Shown here piece by piece: positions 43,374 to 52,786 of a stretch of 64,000 nt of DNA; the first letter of the stretch is position 1, and the number at the start of each line of letters is the position of its first letter. The DNA lies in NCBI GenBank assembly GCA_963771175.1, contig CAVYSY010000023.1, positions 1 to 64,000 of the forward strand, in the 5' to 3' direction. Made by a program: the position numbers and the translations under genes. Below the pieces are notes generated by a model. The model had not been told where the DNA came from. It saw only the letters and a program-made list of their open reading frames with translations, and did not search any database. The stretch is from an uncultured delta proteobacterium (GTDB lineage Bacteria; Myxococcota; Myxococcia; Myxococcales; Myxococcaceae).

Positions 43374-43478
43374 GAAGAAGTCACCCCCTGTGAACGGTCC
43401 CCCACCTTTTACAGCCTAACCGCAAGTTAGGGGCATGCGTTGACAGGTTGGTGCGCCCATCGCTTAACTGGCGGCCTG

Positions 43479-43912
43479 ATGCGGCGCTTCATACTCTCCG
43501 TGGCGGTCGCCGGCCTGGTCGGCTTCGTCCTGTCCCCCCTGGCTCCGATGCGTGGGCCCAGGGGCGTACGCGCGCGACCCGGGCAGCTGCAAAGGGCAAG
43601 AGCCGCAAGGTCCCGCCCAAGGTCAACAAGGCCGAGAAGGTCGAGACGTCGACCAACAAGGTCGAGCCCGCCTCCGCCCGGGTGAGCGACCCCGTCTCCG
43701 GCGAGTCCGCCCCGGCCTCCGCCTCGGGAGCGCCGCCCACGCGAGGCCCCGCCCGCATCGACTTCGATGATCGGCTCATCCAGGGACAGACCAACAAGTC
43801 CGGGGCCGTCTACTTGTATGACCGCAAGGAACTGAAGACGCGGTCGATGATCCGCGAGCGAGAGAACTTCCGCTCGGAGATTCTGTCCACCGTCTACGAC
43901 CAACAGCCGTAG
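43479..43912 (+). CDS. GltF/CglF-like small exported protein (frameshift near 43545)
   Basis: Signal peptide and C-terminal IDFDDRLIQGQ...YLYDRK....MIRERENFRSEI resembling the GltF family motif. Confidence 0.65.
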
Positions 43913-43949
43913 GCACCCGACGCGGGGCCTATGTCAGGGAGGATGAGCG

Positions 43950-46196
43950 TTGAGCGGTCAGCAGGCGGTTCTCCAGGTCGTCATCCTTCGCGACGGGCTC
44001 CTCGTGGGCACGGAGGTGTTCACGCCGGGCACGTACGCGCTCGGCTCGGACCCCTCCGCTGACCTGCGGCTGGACGACGTCACCATCACCCGGCGCCACG
44101 CCGTCCTCTATTTCCAGAACGGGCGCGCTGCCATCCAGGACGCGGGCTCGGGCTCGGGTGTCTACGTCAACGGCCACCGCATCTCCGCGTGTGAGATCCG
44201 CTCGACGGACGAGGTGCTCTGCGGTCCCTTCGTCCTGAAGACCCGCGTGCTCTCGCAGCAACCTCGGGACACCCGGCCGCAGCCGCCTCCGGAGGTGGCC
44301 GCCCTGCTCGGAGCCTCGCCGCCCCCGGCCGCGCCGCTGCCGCCCCGGGCCGCCGCCCCGGTGCCTCCCGTCCCCTCGCCGCAGCAGCTCGCCGCCACCC
44401 AGCCCATCGCGAGGCCCTCGGGTTCGATGCGGCCCGCGTCGGCCGTGCCACCACCGCCGCCCCCGGCCACCGTGCCCCTGGCACGCGCCAGCGTGGCCCC
44501 GACGATTCCGGGCGACACCGCCGTCTATGGTGAGAGCCCCACGGACGTCTCGCCACCGCCGAGAGCCGCCGCCAGCCCTGGCCCTGGAGCCTCGGCCGCT
44601 CCGGTGCGAGCCGTCCCACCTTCCGAGCCCCCCGCCCCGCCCGTGTCGACCGGCACCCTGCCCTCGGCGCGGCGCCGCACGCCCCAGCCGGTGCGGCCCC
44701 CGGCTCCGTCGCTCGTGCTGGCGGATGAGCTGCTCGCGGACCTGCCGCCGGACCTGCGACCCACGCAGGCGCCGGCCACCGAGCAGCCGTGGAGGAACGC
44801 ACCGCTCGCCCGACCCACGCACGCGCCGCGCCTGGACCCGGCCCGGGGTCCCGCGCACCTCTACCTGGAGCTCTACTGGGGCGCCGTGCGTCGAGAGGCG
44901 CGCCGCTTCGCTCCGGGCCGCAAGCCGGTGAAGGCGGCCGCGGACGAGCAGGCACCCATGCCGCTGTGGGGCTTCAACCTCCCGGCGGAGCCCTTCACGC
45001 TGGCCGAGTCCGTCAACGGCGCCTTCCGCCTCTACGTGCCGAAGGGCACGCAGGTGGAGCGCAGCGGACAGGATGGCCGCTTCACGCCGGTGGCCGCCAA
45101 CGCGCTGGAGGCCGAGGGAGAGCGCCGCTATCTCACCCTGCGCGCGGGTACCGCCGCGCGCCTCACCCAGGGCGAGATGTCGCTGGTGGCCTGCGCCGCC
45201 CCGCTGCCCGAGAAGGTGCGCGTCAACCCGCTCAAGGGGCTGCCCTGGCTGGCGCTCGGGAGCTTCTTCTTCCTCGCCTCGGCACTGGGTGGCTTCATCG
45301 CCGTCATGCCCAAGACGCCGGAGGGCGCGGACTTCACCCAGAAGAACCTGCCGCCCGTGGCCCTGCGCCTCATCGCGCCCCAGCCGAAGAAGAAGGAAGA
45401 GGCCCGGAAGAAGCTCGAGGCCATCAAGAAGGCCAACCCGAAGCAGGTGGCCAACAAGGACACCCAGAAGCCCGTGACTCCGGAGCCTCCCACGCCCAAG
45501 CCCCAGCGGCAGCGGAAGCCACAGCCCAAGGAGGAGGCGGTGGCGGCGGCGCCCGAGTCCAATGCCCTCAAGGCCCTGTCGAAGCTGTCAGCCGCCGGCC
45601 CGGCCACGAAGGACATGCTGGCCGCGGTGGACAAGCTGGGCAGCGGCCCGGGCAGCAAGAACGCGAAGAACTCCAACTTCAAGCTCTCCGGACTGATCGG
45701 CAAGGCGCCCATCGCCAACGCGGGCCTGGGAACCTTCGGGCTGGGCGGCGGGGGCAAGGGCGGCGGGGCCACGCTGGGCGCGGAGATTCTGCGAGGCAAG
45801 GGCGGTGGCGGCATCGGCGCGCTGGGCGCTGGTGGCGTGGGCAAGGGCAAGGTGGGCGGCACGGTGACGAGGGCCACCGCGCGCACCATCGCCGCGCAGG
45901 GCTCCATCGACAGAGATGCCGTGGCCAAGGTGGTGAACAGCCACCTGCAGGAGGTGTACGCCTGCTATGAGCGCGCGCTGCTCAAGGACCCGGGGCTCGC
46001 CGGCAAGGTGGTGCTGGAGTGGACCATCGGCACCAACGGCCGCGTGGTGGCCACCAAGACGAAGTCCTCCACCCTGCGTAGCCCCTCCGTCGAGGCCTGC
46101 ATCCTCGGGGGCCTCAAGACGTGGACGTTCCCGCCCGCCAAGGGCGGCGCCGTCATCATCACCTACCCGTTCATCTTCAACTCGGTCGGCTACTGA
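43950..46196 (+). CDS. GltG/PglI-like protein: FHA domain, Pro-rich linker, TM, Gly-rich region and TonB-C-like (AgmX/PglI) C-terminus
   Basis: FHA (LGSD...RRHA...GSGVYVNG), a TM near aa 430-450, and C-terminal CYERALLKDPGLAGKVVLEWTIG...WTFPPAKGG...ITYPFIF. Confidence 0.88.
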   Translation: MSGQQAVLQVVILRDGLLVGTEVFTPGTYALGSDPSADLRLDDVTITRRHAVLYFQNGRAAIQDAGSGSGVYVNGHRISACEIRSTDEVLCGPFVLKTRVLSQQPRDTRPQPPPEVAALLGASPPPAAPLPPRAAAPVPPVPSPQQLAATQPIARPSGSMRPASAVPPPPPPATVPLARASVAPTIPGDTAVYGESPTDVSPPPRAAASPGPGASAAPVRAVPPSEPPAPPVSTGTLPSARRRTPQPVRPPAPSLVLADELLADLPPDLRPTQAPATEQPWRNAPLARPTHAPRLDPARGPAHLYLELYWGAVRREARRFAPGRKPVKAAADEQAPMPLWGFNLPAEPFTLAESVNGAFRLYVPKGTQVERSGQDGRFTPVAANALEAEGERRYLTLRAGTAARLTQGEMSLVACAAPLPEKVRVNPLKGLPWLALGSFFFLASALGGFIAVMPKTPEGADFTQKNLPPVALRLIAPQPKKKEEARKKLEAIKKANPKQVANKDTQKPVTPEPPTPKPQRQRKPQPKEEAVAAAPESNALKALSKLSAAGPATKDMLAAVDKLGSGPGSKNAKNSNFKLSGLIGKAPIANAGLGTFGLGGGGKGGGATLGAEILRGKGGGGIGALGAGGVGKGKVGGTVTRATARTIAAQGSIDRDAVAKVVNSHLQEVYACYERALLKDPGLAGKVVLEWTIGTNGRVVATKTKSSTLRSPSVEACILGGLKTWTFPPAKGGAVIITYPFIFNSVGY

Positions 46197-46238
46197 CGCG
46201 CTTCCCCGCGTCGTACCGGCCTCCGCCAGGACCGAACC

Positions 46239-46877
46239 GTGCGATACGCCCTGCTCCTCCTCTTGAGCCTCCTGCTCCCCGGCCTGGCCCGGGCCCAGGC
46301 CGAGGCGCTCGAGAACCCCGGCACCGTCTCCGCCGTCCAGGAGCGGCTGTACCGGATGAACCACGAACTGACGCTCGGCGTGGGCGTGCTGCCCGCGGAT
46401 GCCTTCTACAAGGGAGTGCTCGGCAGCGTCGGCTACACCTACCACTTCAGCGACAGCTTCGCCTGGCAGGTGGGCCGCGGCAGCTACAGCTACAACCTGA
46501 AGACGAGCCTGCGCGAGCAACTCGAGCGCGACTTCGAGGTGTCCCCCACCAACACCGCCTTCGAGGAGCAGGTGCAGTGGATGGTGGGCTCGGACCTGGT
46601 GTGGAGCCCCATCTACGGGAAGATGGCGATCAACAACCGCTCGGTGGTGCACTTCGCCGGCTTCCTGCTGGGCGGCGCGACGGTGATGAAGCTCGAGCGC
46701 GCCGACGGCTTCCGCCCCGCCGTCAACCTGGGCCTGGGCGTGCGCGTCTTCACCGGCCGCAACGTCTCCTTCCGGTTCGACGTGACGAACAACGTCGTCT
46801 TCGTGGGCGCCACCCGCATCATCCAAGTGCCCACGCTGCAGCTCTCAACCGCGCTCAACTTCGGCGCCACGGAATGA
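46239..46877 (+). CDS. Outer-membrane beta-barrel protein, GltA/B/H-like
   Basis: Signal peptide, AVQERLY..HEL, DAFYK, YHFSD, WSPIYGK and NLGLGVRVF. Confidence 0.82.
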   Translation: MRYALLLLLSLLLPGLARAQAEALENPGTVSAVQERLYRMNHELTLGVGVLPADAFYKGVLGSVGYTYHFSDSFAWQVGRGSYSYNLKTSLREQLERDFEVSPTNTAFEEQVQWMVGSDLVWSPIYGKMAINNRSVVHFAGFLLGGATVMKLERADGFRPAVNLGLGVRVFTGRNVSFRFDVTNNVVFVGATRIIQVPTLQLSTALNFGATE

Positions 46878-48430
46878 CTCCCCGCTCACTGCTCGCCGCG
46901 CTCGTCTCCGCCGCGCTGCTCGCCGCGCCCGCTCGGGCCCAGGCGGGGGAGGCGCCAGCGGACTCCCCTGCCCCCGCTCCCGCCAACGGCGCCCCGGCTC
47001 CGAAGCCGGCCGCGCCCGCCGAGGCCGCACCCGCGGAGGAAGCCCCTCCGCCCCCGGCCGAGAAGGTGCCGGACGAGGTGTTCGACAAGGCGCTGGCGGA
47101 CTACTTCGCCGGCAACCCGCGCGCCGCCGCCGGGCCGCTCTACGCGTGGCTCTCCGCGGCGCCCCGGACGCACGAGAACTACGCCTGGGCGCAGTACTTC
47201 CTGGCGCGCAGCCTCATCGACCTGGGCTTCACCCACGCGGGCGGCGTGTACCTGGCCCGCATCGCCCGGGAGCGCTCCAACCCCAACGTGCTGCCCCGCG
47301 CACTGGAGACGCTGCGCGAGCTGACGGACCGGCCGCACGACGAGGTGATGATCGACGAGCAGGTGTTCGGGGCGCTCGACCTGGGCTTCCTGCCGGAGGA
47401 GACGGGGGCCTACGCGCACTACCAGCAGGGACTGGTGGACCTGCGCGTGGGCAACGAGCGCTGGGCCAGCACGCACTTCTCCAAGCTGCCCGAGGGCAGC
47501 GCCGAGGCCAGTCGCGCCCGCTACGCGCTGCTCGTCACCCGGCTGCGCGAGGTGAAGGAGCCCAACGACGAGCTCATCGAGGATTTCCTCGCGCTGTCCA
47601 AGGACGAGAAGCTCACCCGCGAGTCGCGCAACGAGGCGGCTCTGGCGGTGGCTCGCCTGCGCTACGAGCGCAATGACTACAAGCGAGCGCTGGAGGCCTA
47701 CGAACTGGTGAAGCTGCCGGAGCTCGACCCGGGCCGGGCCACGCTGTACCTGGAGGAGGCGTGGACGCGCTACAAGCTGGGCGAGCCGCGCGCCTCGATG
47801 GGCATCCTCACCACGCTGGACGCGCCCGCCTTCCGGGACGAGTTCCTCCCGGACAAGTACCTGCTGCGCGCCCTCATCTACCGGGATTTGTGCCACTACC
47901 TGCCGGCCAAGCGCGCGGCGAAGGAACTGACGCGGCGCTTCGCGGACTCGCTGGAGGCCGTCCACAGCCGCGAGGACCTGACGCAGGACGCGCGCCTGCG
48001 CCGGGCGGCGAGCGCCCATGGCACCACGAGGCGGGCCGCGAAGTTCCTGGAGGTGCTGGAGCTGGAGGGTGAGCGCCTGGGCCGCTACGCCGGCAGCTTC
48101 GGCGAGCGCCTCTACAAGCACCTGACCAAGACGTATGACCTGTCGCACGCCGAGGCCCGGCGCGTGTACCAGACGCGACTGGAGGAGGCGGTGCGCCAGG
48201 AGGCGGACACGCTGCTGCGCGCGGCCGAGCAGGTTCGACTGATGGAGTACGAAGTGGGCCTGAAGCTGTACGAGCGCGTGAAGAAGGGCGCGAAGGTGGT
48301 GGCACCGCCCGAGGAGGAGCTGCTGTCGCCCTCGCAGGTGGGCTTCCGTTTCGATGGCGAGTACTGGAACGACGAGCTGCGCTCGTACCGCGTCCGCCTC
48401 GAGAGCCGCTGCATCGAGGAGAACCCATGA
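46874..48430 (+). CDS. GltC-like exported TPR protein
   Basis: ATGA coupling, signal peptide, LEEAWTRYK, ALIYRDLCHY and C-terminal FDGEYWNDELRSYRV.LESRC. Confidence 0.8.
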   Translation: MTPRSLLAALVSAALLAAPARAQAGEAPADSPAPAPANGAPAPKPAAPAEAAPAEEAPPPPAEKVPDEVFDKALADYFAGNPRAAAGPLYAWLSAAPRTHENYAWAQYFLARSLIDLGFTHAGGVYLARIARERSNPNVLPRALETLRELTDRPHDEVMIDEQVFGALDLGFLPEETGAYAHYQQGLVDLRVGNERWASTHFSKLPEGSAEASRARYALLVTRLREVKEPNDELIEDFLALSKDEKLTRESRNEAALAVARLRYERNDYKRALEAYELVKLPELDPGRATLYLEEAWTRYKLGEPRASMGILTTLDAPAFRDEFLPDKYLLRALIYRDLCHYLPAKRAAKELTRRFADSLEAVHSREDLTQDARLRRAASAHGTTRRAAKFLEVLELEGERLGRYAGSFGERLYKHLTKTYDLSHAEARRVYQTRLEEAVRQEADTLLRAAEQVRLMEYEVGLKLYERVKKGAKVVAPPEEELLSPSQVGFRFDGEYWNDELRSYRVRLESRCIEENP

Positions 48431-51400
48431 CCGGCCCCCTGACCGGCCTGCTCATCGCGGCGATGCTCGCCGCCGGCCCCGTCAACCCCATCGCGTCCAA
48501 GGCGAAGGAGCGCGAGGAGCTCATCGAGAAGCTCAAGCGCGACATCTTCAAGGTGGACCGCGCCCTTGGCGAGACGGAGCGGCTCATCACGAAGAGCCGC
48601 AACGCGCCCTACCTGCCGGACCTGCAGTTCCGGCTGGCCGAGCTGTACGTGGAGAAGAGCCGCTACGTGTACTACCTCCAGGCGGAGCAGCGTCCGCCCG
48701 GGGCGAGCGGTGCCCTGGTCTCGCCCGAGACGCGCCTGCTGAAGCAGAAGGCCGTGCAGATGTACTACCGGCTGCAGCGCGAGTGGCCGGACTTCCACGA
48801 CGGCGACAAGGTGCACTTCTACCTCGCGCACGAGCAGCGCGAGCTGGGCTCCTTCGACGAGATGCTCAAGACGCTGGACGACCTGGTGCGCAAGTACCCG
48901 ACCAGCCCGCTGCGACTGGAGGCGCTGCAGATTCTCGGCGACCACCACTTCGACAAGGCGGACCTGGCCACCGCGGAGAAGCACTACGCGATGATTCTGG
49001 AGGCCCCGCCCTCGCCGGTGCACGACCTGGCCCGCTACAAGATGGGGTGGATTCGCGTGAACCAGAGCAAGCACGCGGAGGCGGTGCCCTTCTTCGAGGC
49101 CGCCGCGGCGAGCGCTCCGCTGCCCGGGGTGGACGTGCAGAAGTCGCTCAACGTGAAGCGCGAGGCGCTGTTGGATCTCGTCTACAGCTACACGGAGGCG
49201 AGGCCGGCACGCGGCGCGCTCAACTACTTCGAGAAGCTCAGCGACAGCCGGGCCACCTACGCGCTCGCGCTGGACAAGCTGGGCAACCGCTACTTCATCA
49301 AGGCGCAGTACGAGTACGCCATCCCCGCGCTGCGCAAGCTGATGGAGCTGCAGCACGACCCGGAGCTGGACCTGGAGCGCGGGCAGCGGCTGTACGACGC
49401 GCTCAAGGCGGCCAAGGGCAAGGTGCTGCCGGAGCCGGAGGACCTCCGCTTCCTGGTGCGCGCGGCGGTGACGAGCAAGACGGACCCGGAGCTGGACGAG
49501 GCCGAGCGCAAGAAGCACCTGGCGGAGATGGAGGAGATGGCGCGAGACCTGGCCACACAGCTCCACGTGGCGGCACAAGCGCAGAAGAAGGAGGACAAGG
49601 CGCTGTACGTGAAGGCGGCGGCGGCCTACCAGGAGTACCTCGGGCTCTTCCGGCCGGAGCAGTACGTGCGGACGATGATGAAGAACCGCGCGGAGGCACT
49701 CTTCGCCGCCAGGGAGTTCCCCGAGGCGGCGCGCCAGTTCGAGGAGCTGGCCCGCTACGAGGAGAAGGCGAAGGACGACAAGGGCGTGGAAGCGGCGATG
49801 TACGGCGCGCTGCTGGCGCACTTCTCCACGGTGAAGCCGGACGAGGCGCAGCGCCGCAATGCCTTCGAGGTGGCGGACGCACGGCAGGCGCTCAAGCTGC
49901 TGGGGGCGGACTACGTGTCGCGCTACCCGCAGAGTCCCAACGTGCTGGAGGTGAAGTTCAACATCGCCCGCGCCTGGTACGAGGACGGCGAGTTCCCCAA
50001 GGCGGCCGAGCTCTTCACCGCCTTCGCGCTGACGCACCCCACGCACAAGGACGCCGCGGCGGCGGGCAACCTCGCGCTCGACAGCCTGCGGCAGGTGAGC
50101 GACTTCAAGGGGATGGAGGAGACGGGCCAGAAGTTCATCGGCTCGCCGCTGCCGGTGGCCTTCCAGAACGACGTGAAGCGCATCCTCGCCCAGACGAAGG
50201 CCGAGGCCCTGGACGAGCTGGCGCTGAAGAGCTCGCAGGAGACGGGCGACGTCATCGAGGGCCTGATGAAGGTGGCCAACGAGAACAAGGGCGCGGAGCT
50301 GGGCGAGAAGGCCCTCTACGGCGCCTTCACGGCGGCGCGTGACAAGCGGGACTTGGGGCGCGAGCGGGAGATTGGCAAGCGACTCACGGACGAGTACCCG
50401 AAGAGCCAGTACGTGCCGGACGTGCTGCTGACGCTGGGCCGGCACGCGGCGGAGGCCGCGGCCTTCAACGAGGCGGCGAGCGCGTTCGAGACGGTGGGAG
50501 TGAAGCTGGGCTCGGACGTGGCGGCGGTGGACGGCTGGCTGACGGGCGCGCGGCTGCGGCAGGCCATGGGCCAGTTCCGCGAGGCGGCGCGTGACTTGGA
50601 GGCGGCGGCGGAGGTGGCGGGGGCGCGCAAGGCGGAGGTGATGGTGCTGCTGGCGGAGGCGCACCTGAAGAGCCGGGACTACGTGAAGGCGAAGACGGCG
50701 GCGGACCTGGCGCTGAAGCTGGACAGGACGAGCGCGGCGGCGGTGGCGGTGCTGGCGGAGGTGCAGGCCACCACGGCGGTGAAGGACGCGCCGGACGGCC
50801 TCATCAAGACGCTGACGGCGGCGGTGCAGGGCCCCAACGGGCAGACGGAGGAGGCGGCCAGGGGACTCTGGTACCTGGGTGAAATCCTCTATCGCTCCTA
50901 CAAGGACCTGCCGGCGGACAAGGTGGAGGAGAAGGTGTCGGCTCTGCAGGGGCTGGAGGGCGTGTACACGCAGGCCGCGTCGCTGGGCTATCCCGAGTGG
51001 GCGGTGGCCTCGCTGTGGAAGGTGGGCCTCTCGTACGCGCACCTGGCGGACGTGGTGGAGGCGACGCCGACTCCGGCGGGGGCATCCGCGGCGGACGCAC
51101 AGGCGTTCCGCAAGGCGGTGGCCGAGCAGGTGGGGTCGCTGCGGGAGCGGGCACAGAGTGCCTTCGAGGCGTGCGTGTCGCGCGCGGAGTCGCTGGAGGT
51201 GTTCAACGCGGCGGTGGTGGGTTGCCGCTCGAAGAACGAGGCGGTGGCGCTGCCGGTACCGGTGCCGGGAACGTCCACCCAGCCCGCCTCTCTGGAAGAG
51301 CTGCGCAAGAAGGCGGAGGCCACGCTGACGGCCGAGGCGCTGGAGTCGCTGGGCCTGGGCTACCTGGGCGCGAACCAGTTCGGCCTGGCGCAGCTCACGC

Positions 51401-51675
51401 TGGGGCGGGTGACGGAGCTGCAGGACACGCGGGCCTCGGCTCACAGCGCGCTGGGCTGGGCGCTGCTGAACCAGGGGGACGCGATGGGGGCGCGCGAGGC
51501 GTACGCGAAGGCGCTGGAGGCGGACCCCACGTATGACAAGGCGCGGCTGAACCTGGCGTCGCTGCGCTGCCGCTTCGGGGACACCGAGGGGGCGCGGCGC
51601 GAGCTGTCGGTGCTCAAGGACGTGGGCGGCCTGTCGGGCCCCGACGTGGACACCGGGTGGAAGGCCTGCAAATGA
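48427..51675 (+). CDS. GltD-like large TPR protein
   Basis: 1082-aa helical repeat protein with DLQFRLAELYVEKSRY, LVRKYPTS, LARYKMGW and EWAVASLWKVG. Confidence 0.8.
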   Translation: MTGPLTGLLIAAMLAAGPVNPIASKAKEREELIEKLKRDIFKVDRALGETERLITKSRNAPYLPDLQFRLAELYVEKSRYVYYLQAEQRPPGASGALVSPETRLLKQKAVQMYYRLQREWPDFHDGDKVHFYLAHEQRELGSFDEMLKTLDDLVRKYPTSPLRLEALQILGDHHFDKADLATAEKHYAMILEAPPSPVHDLARYKMGWIRVNQSKHAEAVPFFEAAAASAPLPGVDVQKSLNVKREALLDLVYSYTEARPARGALNYFEKLSDSRATYALALDKLGNRYFIKAQYEYAIPALRKLMELQHDPELDLERGQRLYDALKAAKGKVLPEPEDLRFLVRAAVTSKTDPELDEAERKKHLAEMEEMARDLATQLHVAAQAQKKEDKALYVKAAAAYQEYLGLFRPEQYVRTMMKNRAEALFAAREFPEAARQFEELARYEEKAKDDKGVEAAMYGALLAHFSTVKPDEAQRRNAFEVADARQALKLLGADYVSRYPQSPNVLEVKFNIARAWYEDGEFPKAAELFTAFALTHPTHKDAAAAGNLALDSLRQVSDFKGMEETGQKFIGSPLPVAFQNDVKRILAQTKAEALDELALKSSQETGDVIEGLMKVANENKGAELGEKALYGAFTAARDKRDLGREREIGKRLTDEYPKSQYVPDVLLTLGRHAAEAAAFNEAASAFETVGVKLGSDVAAVDGWLTGARLRQAMGQFREAARDLEAAAEVAGARKAEVMVLLAEAHLKSRDYVKAKTAADLALKLDRTSAAAVAVLAEVQATTAVKDAPDGLIKTLTAAVQGPNGQTEEAARGLWYLGEILYRSYKDLPADKVEEKVSALQGLEGVYTQAASLGYPEWAVASLWKVGLSYAHLADVVEATPTPAGASAADAQAFRKAVAEQVGSLRERAQSAFEACVSRAESLEVFNAAVVGCRSKNEAVALPVPVPGTSTQPASLEELRKKAEATLTAEALESLGLGYLGANQFGLAQLTLGRVTELQDTRASAHSALGWALLNQGDAMGAREAYAKALEADPTYDKARLNLASLRCRFGDTEGARRELSVLKDVGGLSGPDVDTGWKACK

Positions 51676-52151
51676 GCGCTCGCGCGTTGCTGGGGCTGCT
51701 CCTCGCGGCCCCCCTCACCTCTTGTGCCCCTCCCAAGGCCCTCGAGGGCAGTGTCACCCCGCTGCTGGACCTCAGCTACGAGCGGGTGGAGGCCCAGGCC
51801 ACGAAGTCCGAGGTCTCGGTGCGCTTCCTGCGTCCCCAGGGCGCGGGCGAGGACACCCTCCTCAAGGTGGCGGCGAAGCTGGAGGGCGTGGCCCTGGAGC
51901 CCCGCGCCGCCATCCCCCTGGGGCAGCGGGTCGGCGGCCCCGAGGGCCCGCTGCGAGGAATCGTGAGCCGAAGCGTGCTGGACGAGCCGGTCCGCGCGTT
52001 CCCGGACATCGCCCGGGGGGAGCTCGTGTTCGACGGATACCTGGACTCGGGGAAGACCGTGACGGGCGAGCTCCGCGTCACCTTCGCCAACGGCACCGAC
52101 GTCTACTCTGGCCGTACCATCTTTGGCCGCTTCGAGGCGACCGTTCCATGA
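51672..52151 (+). CDS. Uncharacterised lipoprotein (paralog of 8795..9319)
   Basis: ATGA coupling, LTSC lipobox and C-terminal GRTIFGRFEA. Confidence 0.8.
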   Translation: MSARALLGLLLAAPLTSCAPPKALEGSVTPLLDLSYERVEAQATKSEVSVRFLRPQGAGEDTLLKVAAKLEGVALEPRAAIPLGQRVGGPEGPLRGIVSRSVLDEPVRAFPDIARGELVFDGYLDSGKTVTGELRVTFANGTDVYSGRTIFGRFEATVP

Positions 52152-52786
52152 AGCGCACTGTCCTGCCCCTGCTGCTGCTGCTCGCCGCCGCGTGCGGTCC
52201 CCGCTACGGGATGCGCGTCCCGGACGCGATGGTGACGAAGCTCCCCTACGAGACGCGCATCGAGTTGCTGGAGTCGGAGAACGACCTGGCGCTCGCCATC
52301 GACCGGATGGACGAGGCCAGCAACGAAATCCTCCGCACGCGAGATGCCCTGCGCCGGGCCAAGGGCCGCGAGTCGGCGGCCGAGAACGAGGAGGACCGGG
52401 CGCCGGACGAGGCCTCGCGCGAGGTGGCGAAGCTGGCCATCGAGGAGGCACGGTCGCGGGTGGAGTACCTGCGGGCGAAGCAGCGTCTCAACGTGGGGCT
52501 GCGGGAGGTGGAGGAGCTGGCGCTGCGCTGTGCCTTCGCGCGCTTCGAGCTGGCGCGGCTGCAGGCGGCGCGCAAGGCGAAGGTGGAGGGCAGCGAGGAG
52601 CTGGACCCGAAGGAGTACGAGGCGCAGGTGTCCGAGTGTGAGACAGAGGTCAAAGAGGAGCGGACGACATTGGCGGCGGACACTGCCCAGGAGAAGACAG
52701 CGCGAGAGGCCTGGGAGGTGAAGAAGGCGACCCTGGCGAAGAAGACTTTCGACGCACGCGCGAGTCCCTACGTGGAGAACCTGTGA
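52148..52786 (+). CDS. Coiled-coil lipoprotein
   Basis: ATGA coupling, LAAAC lipobox and an Ala/Glu/Arg-rich helical body. Confidence 0.8.
   Translation: MKRTVLPLLLLLAAACGPRYGMRVPDAMVTKLPYETRIELLESENDLALAIDRMDEASNEILRTRDALRRAKGRESAAENEEDRAPDEASREVAKLAIEEARSRVEYLRAKQRLNVGLREVEELALRCAFARFELARLQAARKAKVEGSEELDPKEYEAQVSECETEVKEERTTLAADTAQEKTAREAWEVKKATLAKKTFDARASPYVENL

Noticed and set aside
48112..51444. Very long antisense ORFs (also 5735..8758, 56260..58851 and 41178..43430)
   Set aside because: Shadow ORFs produced by high-GC codon bias opposite clear genes. They are Arg/His/Gly-rich and carry no motifs.
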